From positions 50,395,932 to 50,428,181 of the forward strand of contig NC_068989.1 in the NCBI RefSeq assembly GCF_001194135.2: a stretch of DNA of 32,250 bases, read 5' to 3'. The notes below the pieces were generated by a model that was not told the origin of the DNA, did not search any database, and saw only the letters and a list, made by a program, of their open reading frames with translations. Within the stretch, counting starts at the first letter, position 1. Every line of letters begins with the position of its first letter. Positions 11,076-24,012 of this stretch are shown here, one piece after another. Both the position numbers and the translations under genes were made by a program. This DNA comes from Octopus bimaculoides. Taxonomy: Eukaryota.

Positions 11076-12350
11076 ATACAAATGCCTAGGTGTACGAAAT
11101 TTCAACGAGGAAATGGAAAAGAGCAACTGAGGATGGAATATTTCCGAAGACGAATGTTGGTGTTGCGCTCAAAATTGACTGGATGGAATAAAATCCATGC
11201 AGTTAATACGTGGGCGATAGCATCACTTCGGTATGAAGCGGGAATTATAAAATGGCAAAAAAGAGAAGTGAAGAAAATGGATACCAAGACCAGACACATG
11301 TTGACAGTACATGTAGCCTTCCACCTTAACAGTGATACCGATAGGCCGTACTTATCCAGAGGAAAGCGTGGGAGATATTTGATCAGTTGCCGGGACTATA
11401 TCGAAGCAGAGGAAAACAGTTTAGGGTGGTATATAAGAAAAAAATGCCATGGAGCTATTGTTGAAACACACGAAGAAGGCCGGTGTCATCAAGATTGTCA
11501 ATTGTGTAACTAAAGAAAAAATTTAATAAGAAATGAACAAAAAATGGGAAAACAAGGAAGGAAAAGGAAATGCACAGTAAGTTTGCACGCCAAGAAAGAT
11601 ACAGAGAACCGGTGGTTATGGATGAGGAGGAGTGAGCTAAAGATAGAGACAGAACCCTTCATATTTGCAGATCAGGAGCAAGCGTTAAGGACCATCTATA
11701 TGAAGTGCAGAATAAACAACACTACAAATAGCGACAAATGCAGAATGTGCGGTTAGAGGGGTGAGGGCGTTAGCGAATACACGGAATTGACATAACGTGA
11801 ATACAAACGACGCCATGACATTGTGCCAAGAAAGAACCATTGGTAGCTTTGAGGAAATCACGGCCTATAAAAAGCAAAGACGAGATATGAGGAAACTCCA
11901 GAAGGAGTCACCGAAAATGAGAATTGAAAATTCCTCTGGGATGCAATGCTCCAGTGCGATCACCAGACTAAATATCGGAAATCGGACAGTGTTGTGGTGA
12001 ATAAAAAAGAAAGAACATGTACAATAATCGACATGACATGCCCCAGTGGTAATAGAATCTATATGGAAGAAGAAAATTAACCAACTATGACGATTTAAAG
12101 CGGGGAAAAAACGATGATTGTTGTCAATGAAGAGAGTAGACGTGATACCGATAGTAATTGGTTCACTTGGAAGTATCAGCACTCAATTGCCAACATGGCT
12201 GAAAAAGACTGATGCAAGTGTAAAGGTAGAACACCTACAAAACTCAGCATTGCTTGGAATTGCAAGAATTCGTTATAGGATTCTTGAAGCATGATCAGTA
12301 AACAAGCTGACACTTTCCATCATACCCAGCCAAATACGTTGTGTGTTTTC
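11076..12350 (+). mobile_element. R4/Dong-type non-LTR retrotransposon, 5'-truncated at RT domain 7
   Basis: YKCLGV; EYFRRRMLVLRSKLTGWNKIHAVNTWAIASLRY...FHLNSDTDRPYLSR; ETEPFIFADQEQALRT...KCRMCG...EYKRRHD; VVVNKKERTCTIIDMTCP; SALLGIARIRYRILEA*; then (TAA)n 12351-12381. Confidence 0.92.
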
Positions 12351-12827
<477 letters not shown>

Positions 12828-12945
12828 CCTTTCTATTAGAAGCACAAGGCATGAAATTTCGGGGCCAGGTGTTTAGTGATTGCATTGACCTCAATATTAA
12901 ACTTGTACTTATGTTGTCGACCCCATAAAAATAAAAAGTAAAATT
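12828..12945 (-). mobile_element. SINE family A, 3' half, tail-to-tail with the R4 element
   Basis: CCTTTCTATTAGAAGCACAAGGCATGAAATTTCGGGG...GTACTTATGTTGTCGACCCC. Confidence 0.75.
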
Positions 12946-13401
12946 TATATTTTAGCGCTTTTCAACCGTCCTCGGTATTTAAAAACGGTGGTACGCTTGA
13001 AGGTGGTTTTGGAATGGCAATTTTTTAGGATATGCTATGGTTATTAGGAGGAAAAGTGAGAGAGAGAGAGAGCAGTGTGTGAGCACGTGCAAATAATTTC
13101 TTGCTGCTTTGGAAATTACGAATAATTTCTTTTAATTGTTGCACAAGTTTTGTGACGACTCACATGGCTTTATTTCTACTAGCGTAAAAGCTAGGCTTCC
13201 TCTACAGATGCCTGCTTCTGAAATACAATAGATTTAGAAGTCTTCTTATATTTTCCTGTACTGTTTTCTCTTTCACCTGTTCTGAACACCAGCCTGTATG
13301 TAGAAAGAAAATGAATGTGACTGAACGCGTAGAAAAAGTGTAGCTGTTATGCTTTGCTTATAGTATTAAGAATCCTGCGAAGGAGCTTGTTCGTTTATAA
13401 C

Positions 13402-13718
13402 TGGTACTCTGTCGGTTACGTCGACGAGGGATCCATTTGATCCGATCAGAGGAACTGACTGCACGTGAAGTTAACGCACAAATGGCTGAACGATCCCTAG
13501 ACATGCGTATCCTTAACGTAGTTCTCAAGGGGATTCAGCGTGATATAGAAAAGCTGGTCCTTTGAAATATAGGTGTAACTTACTTTTGCCAGCTGGGTGG
13601 ATTGGGAGAACGTGAAATAGAATGTCTTTCTCAAGGACACAATGTGCAGCATTGTATCGAACTGGCAGCCTAAGGATCTTGAGCCGAATACCCTCACCAA
13701 TTAGCCACGCACCTTCAC
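13402..13718 (-). mobile_element. tRNA-derived SINE, family C
   Basis: Reverse complement starts GTGAAGGTGCGTGGCTAATTGGTGAGGGTATTCGGCTC...CAGTTCGATAC (A/B-box-like), then TGTGTCCTTGAGAAAGACATT and CCCAATCCACCCAGCTGG core motifs. Confidence 0.8.
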
Positions 13719-14809
13719 TGCTTGTTTATAAATTCTCTAGAGAAGGAGAAACATACTTCATCTTCTATTTTTTCCGAAACGAGTTTATGTTAATTTCTTT
13801 TTTTTGTTTGTCTTTCAACAAGGAACATTTCGGAAAACATTCTGAAGACAGTAATGTTTATCGCCGGCAAAGATTACGTGTGTATGTATGTATGTATGCA
13901 TGCATGTATGTTTTTTAATGTATGTATGTATATATGTGCATATGCTTATGTGTGTATATGCTCGTTTGAATATTGTCATTGATGTTTTTTGTTCGCGACA
14001 AATGTTGAAATCAACATTGCTCTCATTTTCTTTTCAGAAAATATTTGTTATCTTTTTCTCTTTTTCAAGTTTGTCTGCTTGTACGGAGAAGGTAGCTTTC
14101 TATTTTTCTCCTTTTTAAACCTCTGTAAATATTTTTATCACAAATTTGTTGTGACTGAGGGTCATGTTTGCTGATTGCAGCTCTAACAACACTATGATGA
14201 GTTCCTCCTCACGCGCCATCATAAAAAAAAAGAGCCATGTTCAATTATGGCTCCGAGAAAAAACATTGAAAGGAAAACGTTCAAAGTATATATTTTTGTT
14301 TTGTTTTTGTCTAAACAAGTAAGAGTAAAAATTTAAAGCAAAGTTCACACCGGTTTTTGTAAAATATCTGCGTGATACAAAAGAATCTTTTGAAAAAAAA
14401 ATGTAACCCAAAACAGGAGTATATAGAAACAGATCTTGCAATAAGAAAGAGACATAACAGCAGCAATAGCATCATCATCATCATCATCATCATCGTCATC
14501 ACCATCGTCATTAATATCATCATAATAATTGACGACGACGATAACAAAACAACAATAACAACGGCAACGATAATGGTTTCTTTATTAGCCACAAGCGCTT
14601 GAAAAGAAAATTAACAACACGACGATGGTACGAAAACAATAAGGATGGGGATTATAAATTCCATTGATACAGAAATAAAACATGAAGAGATCTTAAACAA
14701 TATGTATACCAGAAAACGTGCGGTATGGGGCAGGTAAGTTACACAACGACGAAGGGAAGCACAAATATTCGTACAGAAATAAATGCAAAAACGTATGATG
14801 AAACAATAA

Positions 14810-15235
14810 TTAACACAAAATATTGGGTTGTCCGGAAAGTTCGTGTCGATTTTCCAAAAGGTTCTTCTCACTCAACTCATGTGGTACCCAAACATCGTAG
14901 CGATTTGTGTACCAAAGCTTTACCAGGTGCTCATGAACGACGGATTTTGATAGGTTGAGGCTTTCTGCCAATTCTCGGGTTGTGCAATGTGGGTTATTCT
15001 CAATAAATGACTTGATTTGGTCATCATCTGTAGTGGATGGTCTGCCTACTTGCTCTTTATCAATAAGGCTGCAATCTCCAGCTTGGAACCTTGCGAACCA
15101 CTTCCGTACAGGTCTTTCGGAAAAAGAAACGTCGCCGTAAACTGCGCATGTTTCTTTGGTCGCTTGTGAGGCATTTTTCCTTTTGCGGAAAAAGAAAAGC
15201 ATCAAGTGCCGAAAATGAACTTTCTTGTCTTCCAT
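14810..15235 (-). pseudogene. Truncated mariner transposase ORF (141 aa; two HTH domains to WVPHEL, no DD34D)
   Basis: MEDKKVHFRHLMLFFFRK.KNASQA...VYGD...VRKWFARF..GD.SL.D....GRPS...TTRELAE.LNLSKSVVHEHL...WVPHELSEKNL, reading into the TIR. Confidence 0.88.
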
Positions 15236-15417
15236 TTTAAAGGGTTACAGAATTAACACAGGTTATAGGAACATAAACCTTCTTCCACGAAAAGATAACT
15301 TAAACTGTGCTCTAAATGGAGGTGTAGTCAAATTTTATTTTATGGACTCAACTATGTTCTAAAATAAGTCGAACGGTAAGCTGCTATAAATCGGCAAGAA
15401 ATTTCCGGACAACCCAA
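14823..15417 (-). mobile_element. Internally deleted mariner (595 bp) with both TIRs and TA TSDs
   Basis: TA|TTGGGTTGTCCGGAAAGTTCGTGTCGATTT ... AAATCGGCAAGAAATTTCCGGACAACCCAA|TA. Confidence 0.93.
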
Positions 15418-15608
15418 TATAATTAAATAAAGAAAAACGCATATCAGTTTGGGATGCAGCACGTCATGCTGCTGTCTGCTACTGCTTGTATTGTAATGCG
15501 CTTAACGGAATCCATTAACAAATTTTGAATAGGTTGGGGTGAAAACACTCATATAATCCCGATTGATATGTTCTACTTCCTTATTTTAGTGTTTTTACTT
15601 AGCTTTAT

Positions 15609-15790
15609 TGGCTGCATGGCCTCATGCTTAGTTGTTACACTTACGCTCACGTGATTGTGGTTTCAATTCCTGAACCGGGAAGGTTTCCTTTCACGTTGCT
15701 CTGCGATCGCTTCGATACCTAACGTGCAGTACTCCGTGCGTCTCTTCAAGCAATATCAATTTGAGGAAGGGAGTGAGCTAATGTACAGCA
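15609..15790 (+). mobile_element. Probable degenerate tRNA-derived SINE
   Basis: A-box-like TGGCCTCATGCTTAG and B-box-like GGTTTCAATTCCTG spaced as in a tRNA head. Confidence 0.45.
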
Positions 15791-16099
15791 ACATCACTAA
15801 AATCAAATTATTTGTGCTGGTTGTTCAGCAACAAATTGCAGAACCGCTTTCTCAGACTACGTGAGACTATCACCATTTTGTTTTCATTTGTGTATTTACT
15901 ATATGTCTAACCTAGCCGGTATCATATTATTTTTGTTTACTCAAAATTCATGAAACCACAGATTCGCGATTTTACTGCTAGTCGCCAGTTAATTTTCGAA
16001 GAATGGAATCTCATTTCTACTTCCTTCTTTCAGTCTTCTTCATGATTTTTCCGGAATAGTATCATTATTTATTCAACGAATTACTTCTTTTCATCATTT

Positions 16100-16560
16100 T
16101 TAGCTTATTTTGTGTTGCCTTCCTATTTGTAGTGAAATTTACATTTGCTTTCATTATTTTCTTTTGAGAGATTATACACTTTCTCGTGCAACCAGTATTT
16201 CTTCCTCGTCTCTTGTCGACGGAATGTTGCCACAGGTTGTACTGTCAAGAAGACATTCAAGAGATTGTCCATACCTGTAGGCTTGGACACAATGTAATTC
16301 CTCGATAATTGCGAGAGTTTTGACATACGATGCCTTAGAAAATGGAGTCTCCGGCTGTTGTCGCACTGTTTCTCTCCTTTCCTGATTTCTTGCTTAATTT
16401 TTCTAATTCTTCAGAGCAAGAAACTTGGAAGTGGTTCCTATCATGACAAATGTGCAACCCAGTTATATGTCCTGTACCACTAAACACATACTATTATTTC
16501 AGTGTCCTCAACTGAAAAGAAGTTCTTGCATACATCATTGGTGATCTTTATTTGCAAATA
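16100..16560 (-). mobile_element. Possible decayed Ty3/Gypsy gag-protease junction
   Basis: (L)HICHDRNHFQVSC at 16413-16457 fits CX2CX4HX4C with first Cys mutated; ~55 codons downstream GQSLECLLDSTTCGNI (16223-16270) resembles the aspartic-protease CxLDTGATCNV motif. Confidence 0.45.
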
Positions 16561-17504
16561 CCTTTTTTTTGACGTCCCATGACGTCATATCGCCAACCCT
16601 GATTTAACCACCCTCACAAACTGAGGAACTAAATGGAGGTCCACATTTTCCAGTGCCTATTATGGTTATCGGTTTATTTCCTTGTCGTATATTCTTTCGT
16701 TCAGACGTATGGGTGGACGTATAACTTACAATGTTAACCTCTGTTTTGGCTACGTTTTCGGTTTTAAAAGTACAAAAGATAGCGCCGTTATTTCCTCCAT
16801 GGTTGAAGGAAGCTCTTTGAAGATATGTTGGAGTTTTTAACCCATGTTTTCTACCATATTTTGGAGTGCTTGATGATGTTGCTAACACATATAATGTACC
16901 ATATTTTGTAAAGTGCAGATATGTAACATTTTGCTCTCTCTTCAATTAGACTTGACAAAGAAATGTACTCTAGTTTTTACAAAATTCTTCGGCCTTCATT
17001 ATTCTTGAAACTCTTAAATCTAAAAGAGGTCTGGTTTTTTTTTTCCTGTTTGTAATAGCAGCGAGACAAGATTATTTTTATAGAATCGCTATAAAAGTTC
17101 TTAACGCTGAGCGTATAGCTTACTGTAGTTATTAATCATTATCTTAAAAATGATTTTTTAAAGATGTTTGGAATAATTTTTTTGTTTTAATTGCCCAATT
17201 AAATGTCCATTTTTGTCTTTTCCTGTACTCAGTTGTGCATTTTGGTGTTGTTTTTTTTCCTTCCTTGTTTGGAATATTTTATCTGGTAGCCATTTTAAAT
17301 GAGAAAAATATAGCACGTATAATCAAGCACGCTGAAGCTGCTAAAAGAAACCTTGTTTGCCAAATCGTTGCCATTGGAGCCGGCTTTTCTCAACTGTTTA
17401 TCATTCTTTTTGACATCTTGAAGGAAAATATCATTTGATGATGCTGGAAATAAGGTCCTATGCCTGCGAGAGAACAAAATATTTTCTATCCATAAGAATA
17501 TATA

Positions 17505-17690
17505 TACTTTTACTACTAATAGGCCTGAAAGTTTGAGGAGGTGGCTTGTCGATTTCATCGACCCCAGTACCCAAATGGTACTTATTTTATCAACCCCGAA
17601 GAGATGAGAAGATTCTGATGTCAGAACGTAACAAGAAGACGAAATACGGTTAAAAATTTTATTCAGCATGCCAACGATTCTGCCAACACA
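17505..17690 (-). mobile_element. SINE family A
   Basis: GGCCTGAAAGTTTG...TCGATTTCATCGACCCCAGTACCCAAATGGTACTTATTTTATCAACCCCGAAGAGATG...CAGAACGTAACAAGAAGACGAAATAC...CCAACGATTCTGCCA. Confidence 0.85.
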
Positions 17691-17749
17691 ATGATAACGT
17701 TAATGATGGTAGTAATAATGATTATAATTATAATCTTCTGTAACGTATG

Positions 17750-17905
17750 CTGAAGATTAAATTTTTAGGAGAAGAAAACGGTTAACGGTTAACGTTTGGT
17801 TAACGTTGCCCAGCCATCCCTAGTACACTTTTTATCTACCCCGGGACAATGGAAGGAAAAGGCTCCTCCATCGGTATTCGAAATCAGAACTTAAAGTCAG
17901 AAAAT
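17750..17905 (-). mobile_element. SINE family A, very degenerate
   Basis: TAGTACACTTTTTATCTACCCCGGGACAATGGAAGGAAAAG...ATTCGAAATCAGAAC. Confidence 0.5.
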
Positions 17906-18039
17906 ATGATTGATATTTTCTATAACGAAAATTAATAGGACAATTATATCAATTTGACGAAAACCACGATAGTTATTTGATGATGATTATTGTGATACTG
18001 ATAATGACGATGTTAAGGAGCTGGGGTAGAAGGAAGATA

Positions 18040-18435
18040 AGTTAGATGAGGTGGATGAGGACATGTTGAAGGAGGAAAAAATAGAGGAGCTGAAGAGGTC
18101 GATGGTGGTGGATGAGTAAGTTGATCTCTTTGTTCTTGTTATTGGTGATGATGAGGATTAGGACGACAATGAGGACGACAACAAAGATAACGATGATGAT
18201 GATGAGCATAATGACGAAGAAGAAGAAGAAGAAGAAGAAGAAGAAGGGGGAGGAGGAGGAGGAGGAGGAGAAGATGATGATGATCTTGATGGTATTGATA
18301 ATGGTGAAGATGATATTGATGGTGATAAGCTGATAAAGAAGACGTTGATGGAGAAGGAAAATGAGAAGACGAAAAGGAAGAAGAATAGAAAAAAACTCAC
18401 TGTAACAACAACAACTACAACGATGATGACAAAAA
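18040..18435. repeat. Compound (GAT)/(GAC)/(GAA)/(GGA)n trinucleotide region
   Basis: Direct reading. Confidence 0.9.
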
Positions 18436-19206
18436 AAGAGTAAAAACCACAATGGCGATTATAAATTTCAATGATATAGAAAGATGCAATTTCTTTCTAT
18501 GTCGTAAGGTTAATCTTGCAAATAAAAATCATTTTAGTGAAATAAATTACTTAAGTCTGCAACCAAAAGTCCAGGACTAATAACAAGAATCGATTCGTAT
18601 TTCGATGTGTTCTTGTATTCCCTCTCTGACAATGATTTATTATATATTTTATTTTATTTATTTTATTTGTTTATATATTTATATTTGCTGTTGTTGCTTG
18701 GAAGAAATTAAACTAGGAAATTGAGGAAAACGAAATGAAAAAGAGAATATTAATGCCTCATTGATGAATTTATTACCGAAAGACAAAAAATGATTTCACC
18801 AATTACCCAATGGTGTAGTTAGTTATTTAGTGATGAGCTTCACGTTGTTAACCATAATGATGTTGTTCAGTTTCGTGATGACGACGATAGTGGTAGAGAC
18901 GTTGCTGTTGATGGTATTCAAAAGGGTAGTGGTGTATATAATGATAATGATGTGATGACGTTTTTGTTGTTAAGATCAATCACAACATTGAGGCAGTAAG
19001 GTCTTATGACTGAAAAACATTTTAAATGTGACCGTCTTGTTTGTTATTTTTAGGTGTAAAAAGATGAGAAATGTAGTCCTATCTGTGAGTACATTAGTCA
19101 GTGTCACCTCTATTTACGGTGATAGTGAACAATATGAGGAATATCAGGCTTCTATTTCTAACACACCGTGTGACTGCGTAGACACTCTCTCATTATTAAA
19201 GAAATG

Positions 19207-19420
19207 AAAGGCGGTGAGCAGGCAGAATCGTTAGTTCACCGGACGAAATGCTTAACAGTATTTTGTCCGTCTTTGCGTTCTGAGTTCAAATTTCACCAAG
19301 ATCGACTTTGCCTTACATCCCTTCGGTGTTGATAAAGTAAGTACCAGCGAAACACTGGGATCGATGTAATCGACTTCCTCCTCCCACCAAATTTCAGGCT
19401 TTGTACCTTTAATTGAAAAC
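19207..19420 (+). mobile_element. SINE family A, near full length
   Basis: GGCGGTGAGCAGGCAGAATCGTTAG (A-box-like)...GTTCTGAGTTCAAATTTC (B-box-like)...GACTTTGCCTTACATCCCTTCGG...AAGTACCAG...AAATTTCAGGCTTTGTACC. Confidence 0.88.
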
Positions 19421-19689
19421 ATTATAGAAATACTATTGTGTGGGGCTTTACCGGGAATGTTTGTTTATGATGATAGTTGCAGGGTTGATAATAATTAGAA
19501 TCAGGGCAGGTACCAAACTGATTGAGAGTAGTATTATTAATGTCGATCATTATAATGATGTCAACAAAAACGCCAACAGCGTAACAAAACCACTGCCAAC
19601 GATGACAATGCTGCTGATGTCACTGATGTCGACGAGAACGATACTGCTGCTGCGGCTGATGATGATGATTATGATGATGAAGATGATGA

Positions 19690-20230
19690 CAGTTACGACT
19701 CAATTGAGACTCGTGGAGGGTTGCTCTCTTCGTCTGGTTCTTCATTTCCTTGCTGTCTTATATTTAGGTCCTTTTCCGTTGCGTGCTTGATCGCAGTTAT
19801 TTCATTATCTGTGTCTTTTATTTCTGGGAATATCCCTCCAAACATTTACTAACTTGTTTTCGTCCAAATATAGTCTGCTGTCCTCATTTCGTGTTGCCCA
19901 TATTTGATAAGTGTATGCAGTGTGTTACTCTTCTAATACACAGAAATAGGCGTATATTACTTCTGTATACTCTTCACGGGTCCATTAGATCGCCTTACAT
20001 TTTTCTTTCTGTTGTAGGTGTGGTGGTGGACTTGGAGGGCTCGAGTTGGGGCAGTTCCCGTTTAAGTGATCTCCAGGTTGTATTCAGCGAAGGGTGTGAC
20101 AGTGGATGACTTTTCGACCCCAGGCTGACTCTCTTCTGGGGGACGCGCTTGCAGATTAACCATAGGACAAGCGATCTGGCGTACTGTTGCAGTTTTCCTT
20201 TGTGTTTCGTTAGACATATTTGTGCTACGT
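19690..20230 (-). mobile_element. R4/Dong-type retrotransposon 5' fragment (N-terminal domain)
   Basis: WTREEYTEVIYAYF...AYTYQIWATRNEDSRLYLDENKLVNVWRDIPRNKR.TDNEITAIK resembles the conserved N-terminal domain of R4-clade ORFs; ends at (CAT)n near 19690. Confidence 0.6.
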
Positions 20231-20699
20231 CAAAATTATTAGTATTGAACCCTTATTCTGGCAGATGTAGAGACTGTTGTTGTCTCTGCCCCTATTGTAG
20301 ACTACACCATTAATACCGTTACAGTTAATTTAGCCTTGCTATTGCAGCATTGCTCATCATTAGTTACCAGCAATAGTGCATTGATTTGCATAGTTGTGGC
20401 TAACCCTTTATAGCCATAAGGAAAGTATAACCATTAATTATTTAAATGTGCCACTTTTACGACTACTACTACTGCGTGGTATTATTTAATGTATTTTAGT
20501 TTCAGCTTTTATCTTGTACTTGAGATAATCATAAATATGTGAGGGTTGAAGGGAATAGCAGGAGGAAGGGAAGCAGCTTGGTGAATAGACCAAATTCCAC
20601 AGGTTTGTAAATAGATTCGGCAAATGTTGAGAAGATCAGTAATGGGCATTCCTGTGCGATAAGGAGACAAAATAAGCCTCACACCCTTGGGTCCATCTG

Positions 20700-20749
20700 T
20701 TATTATTATTTTATTATTATTTTTTAATTATTATTATTATTATTATTAC

Positions 20750-20782
<33 letters not shown>
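20700..20782. repeat. (TTA)n microsatellite
   Basis: Direct reading. Confidence 0.97.
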
Positions 20783-20785
<3 letters not shown>

Positions 20786-20998
20786 AAGTCGGCAAGATGG
20801 CAAACACATTAGAGAGTTGGACAAAATGCGTACCGACATTTCGTGCGTCTTTACATTCTGAGTTCAAGTTTCGATGATGCTTCCAGTGCTCTTATCTTCT
20901 TAGAGTCGACGATATAAATATCAGTTGAGGACTATGGCAGAGATAAACGACTAGCTCGCTCCCTATAGAATTCGTGGCCTTGTGCCAAAATTTGAAAC
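20783..20998 (+). mobile_element. SINE family A, diverged
   Basis: GTCGGCAAGATGGCAAACACATTAG...GACAAAATGC...CATTCTGAGTTCAAG...GGCCTTGTGCCAAAATTTGAAAC. Confidence 0.7.
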
Positions 20999-21200
20999 GA
21001 ACGAATCGTTAACGTATTGGAAAAATTATTTAGCGGCAATTTTTATGACTTTGTGTTCTACTTTGAAATTTATTGAAGTCAGCTTTGCCTTTCATCCTCT
21101 CTGGCTCGATGAAATAACTATCAGTCGGACACTGGGTTCGTTGTAATCAACTAACCTTTCACCCAAATATTGCTGGCCATGTGCCGAAATTTAAAGTAAT
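20999..21200 (+). mobile_element. SINE family A, diverged, tandem with previous copy
   Basis: GAATCGTTAACG...CTTTGCCTTTCATCCTCTCTGGCTCGATGAAATAA...CACTGGGTTCGTTGTAATCAACT...GGCCATGTGCCGAAATTTAAAG. Confidence 0.75.
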
Positions 21201-21799
21201 GATAATAATTATTGATATTCTGTGCTTCAAAACATATTTCTCTCTTTCCGACACACGATTTATTTCAAGCATAAACAAAGGAATATCACGTTGGCGTACA
21301 TACCAAAATGGATTTTAGTGTCTTGAGGTATGTATAACTTTTCCTGAAAACCGGGAATAGATAAAAGCGGTTGTTTTTCTATACTTTATTTGATTACGCA
21401 TTTTGAGTAGATTTCACGTTCAAAATATCTACTACTCTTACCCTGTCAGCACAACAAAATATATGTATGACTGACAAGTATTGGCAACAGCAAATATTTC
21501 GACATGATGTCAAACAAAACAAGATAATGAACATTTTACAGAACGATTGATATAAGTAAGAAATATCTAGAACGATCCAAGTACACAATTTTGCGACAGC
21601 GATGACAGAAGTAATCAGAGTGTAAGATTACACGTGAATCGTTCATATTATAGTATTATTAAAGAATTCTCAAACAAAATGCAGTATGAAACAGTTAGCC
21701 AAATGTTCCCCAATACGTGCTAAAACAAAGTAGAAAAAAATCAAAAATAATATTAGAATCAGGTAGAACTGTAAATGGTTGTTAACTTTGTGTCGCAAT

Positions 21800-22270
21800 T
21801 TGTGCGTGTAGCTGGGACTGGACTGACAAGAGACAATATATGTTTGGGAATGATCGAGGTGGATCAGCTGCAAATAAACAATGAACGTCACAAATCTGTA
21901 GAATGCCTGTGCTTGTTCATGATCACCGAGACAAATAAGTCAGCAAAGGATGGCACAGAGCAGCAGGCTTGGTTATTATGTATATAATAAAAAAAACAAG
22001 ATATTTTGCCTAAAGAACTTTAAAGACTATCAAATTGAATGAAGGTAATGGAGAACAGCTGAGGCAAGGTCGGCAGACCCCAGTTTTCGGAGAAACATCA
22101 GTCACAGCTCCGAAAATGGTGAAGCAGATCACTATGTATCAGCTTCCCTACAACTGTAGCAAAAAGATACCAAACCCGCTATTTCTTTTGCCGGAAGTGG
22201 AACTTTCGGAAAATAAACAAGACTTCCAAACAACCACAGAGACCGCAGACGGTAAAAGAAGATAGAATAT
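21800..22270 (+). mobile_element. Possible ancient RTE-clade LINE 3' end
   Basis: TLKTIKLNEGNGEQLRQGRQT and FCRKWNFRK loosely resemble the RTE C-terminal LK....I....WE..A.DR..W and C-x2-C zinc-finger segments; weak. Confidence 0.25.
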
Positions 22271-22714
22271 CTACAACATCATAAAATAAGTAAAATTTAA
22301 CTGAAAATAAACAAAAAAGTGGAAGGGATTTTCGTCACATATCTCCAAGCAAAATTCTTAGTCAATGACGAATTAATGGAAAGGAAAAAACATTTAATAA
22401 TAGATGTTCAAAGAGGTACTGGACTCACTATTTATGTAGTGTTGAACAATTTAATATTGGCATTTAAAAGAAAGTCTATCTTAGTACGCTGGAATAATTA
22501 CTACCGCCGAACAGAAAATATACCCAGGTGTGTTTTTGATTGCATAAGAACTCAGTTTGTAAATTGATCCAAAAACTTGAAACAGAATGAATTGTGCTCA
22601 AGGACTGAAAGATGCCAGTAGTTGATGTTAAACCTGGAGATAGACTGGGCTTGCCATCCAAGTATGTATTGTAGGATTTGAATTCAGAATGAAATCAGGC
22701 GGAAGTAAGTACTA

Positions 22715-22850
22715 CTGTTTGGGAATAGCGTCAACCCATCAAACGCGACTGGTATATTTTAACTACACCATGAAAATGTGAAAGAAAAAGTTCATCACTG
22801 CGAGATTAGAACTCAAGATGCAGGGGGGTTAGAATAATTAGCCGCCTGAA
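22715..22850 (-). mobile_element. SINE family A, degenerate
   Basis: CGACTGGTATATTTTAACTACACCATGAAAATGTGAAAGAAAAAGTTCATCACTGCGAGATTAGAACTCAAG. Confidence 0.5.
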
Positions 22851-22899
22851 ATTTTCCTCTAGCTTGGTTACTTCGCTGTAATATTCTTATATCTAGCAA

Positions 22900-23700
22900 T
22901 CAAAGAAAATTGGTCTCAGTTATACGTCTACGATGCACAACAGACGGTCCTGAAATTCTTCTTTATCCAATTTTACTTTGTTTAATCATGTCAGGTATTT
23001 GTCATATAGCATTTTTTCTTGGCATAGACATTGCATTAAATTATGCAGCATCACTTTTAGCTGAGCTTACATTTTTAGCCATTTCTATTGTTCTTTCTCC
23101 TTTTTCTTTACATCTGTCTGTTGCACCAGCCTCTATAGCGCAAATATTAGTTTCCTTGAAGATAGAAAACAGCTATTGTCTTTGTTACTGTTTTCGATGT
23201 TTGTATTAGTTTCCATTCAAACTTCAATACATATGTTTATATTAATATAGTTGATATTTTATTATATTGTTCTCGTTGCAAAAGACCGCTAGTTTCGTGG
23301 TAAATAAAACATTTGTATGTTGGACTTTGAGTGATGTATTTTATATGCAGTAATTATTTTTCTTGTTTCCCGTCTAGTCTGGCTAATTCACTTATTTTCT
23401 AGTTTGTAGCGTCATAATTATATAATGTATAACCGGAACAGATGCTGCATTAATGCCTATTACCTTACATTTTCTCTTGTTTCTCGCTATGTTTAATTAT
23501 TAACAAAATGTGTCTACGCTATTCCTTCCTAAATTTTTCTTTCATTTGCATGTGTTGTGCTCTGTCTTGTTCATTAATTAATAAGTATCTGTAAATTGTG
23601 TTTAGTCTAATTGTCTTATCTCTGTTTCTTCATTTAACACGACACTATTGTTTTTATTTATGGTTCTATAATCAATGTTGTTTTATGTCTGTTTGTTTTT
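22900..23700 (-). mobile_element. Possible decayed Penelope-like element (GIY-YIG region)
   Basis: Broken minus frames: ..VDT.F.NN..., LDGK..., YKCF, and TGCAAT[GT]CTATGCCAAGAAAAA = CNLCQEK followed by LNK, in the order expected for Penelope linker/GIY-YIG; many stops. Confidence 0.35.
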
Positions 23701-24012
23701 TTTTATTTCTACTAAACCGAACTCCATCTGAATTCCTCTACTGAAACCGTGTACTGTTCATAACACTGTTTCAAGTAGTTTATGTATTGTTGCAGACGAC
23801 AAGGATACATTCACATACGACAGGTGTTTGATCATCTAGAAACATTATTGTTATCTGCGTCCAGTCAGTTTAGCATATTGGTCAAATATGTTAACAAGAA
23901 AACATAGTAAAAGGGGTGAGTCACTATAGAACAGTCTTCTAACAGGGACTGTTTTATAATTTCCTTTCTTGTTTTAATCAATAGGATTCTTTATTATTAT
24001 TATTATTATTAT

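Noticed and set aside
17233-17438. Strong splice acceptor followed by 67-codon frame
   Set aside because: No recognisable product, no convincing donor or partner exon.
18042-18452. Poly-Lys/Glu/Met ORFs
   Set aside because: Compound trinucleotide repeats with no flanking domain.
22320-22690. Possible CR1/L2 3' end (RG...VRWNN)
   Set aside because: Similarity too short to distinguish from chance.
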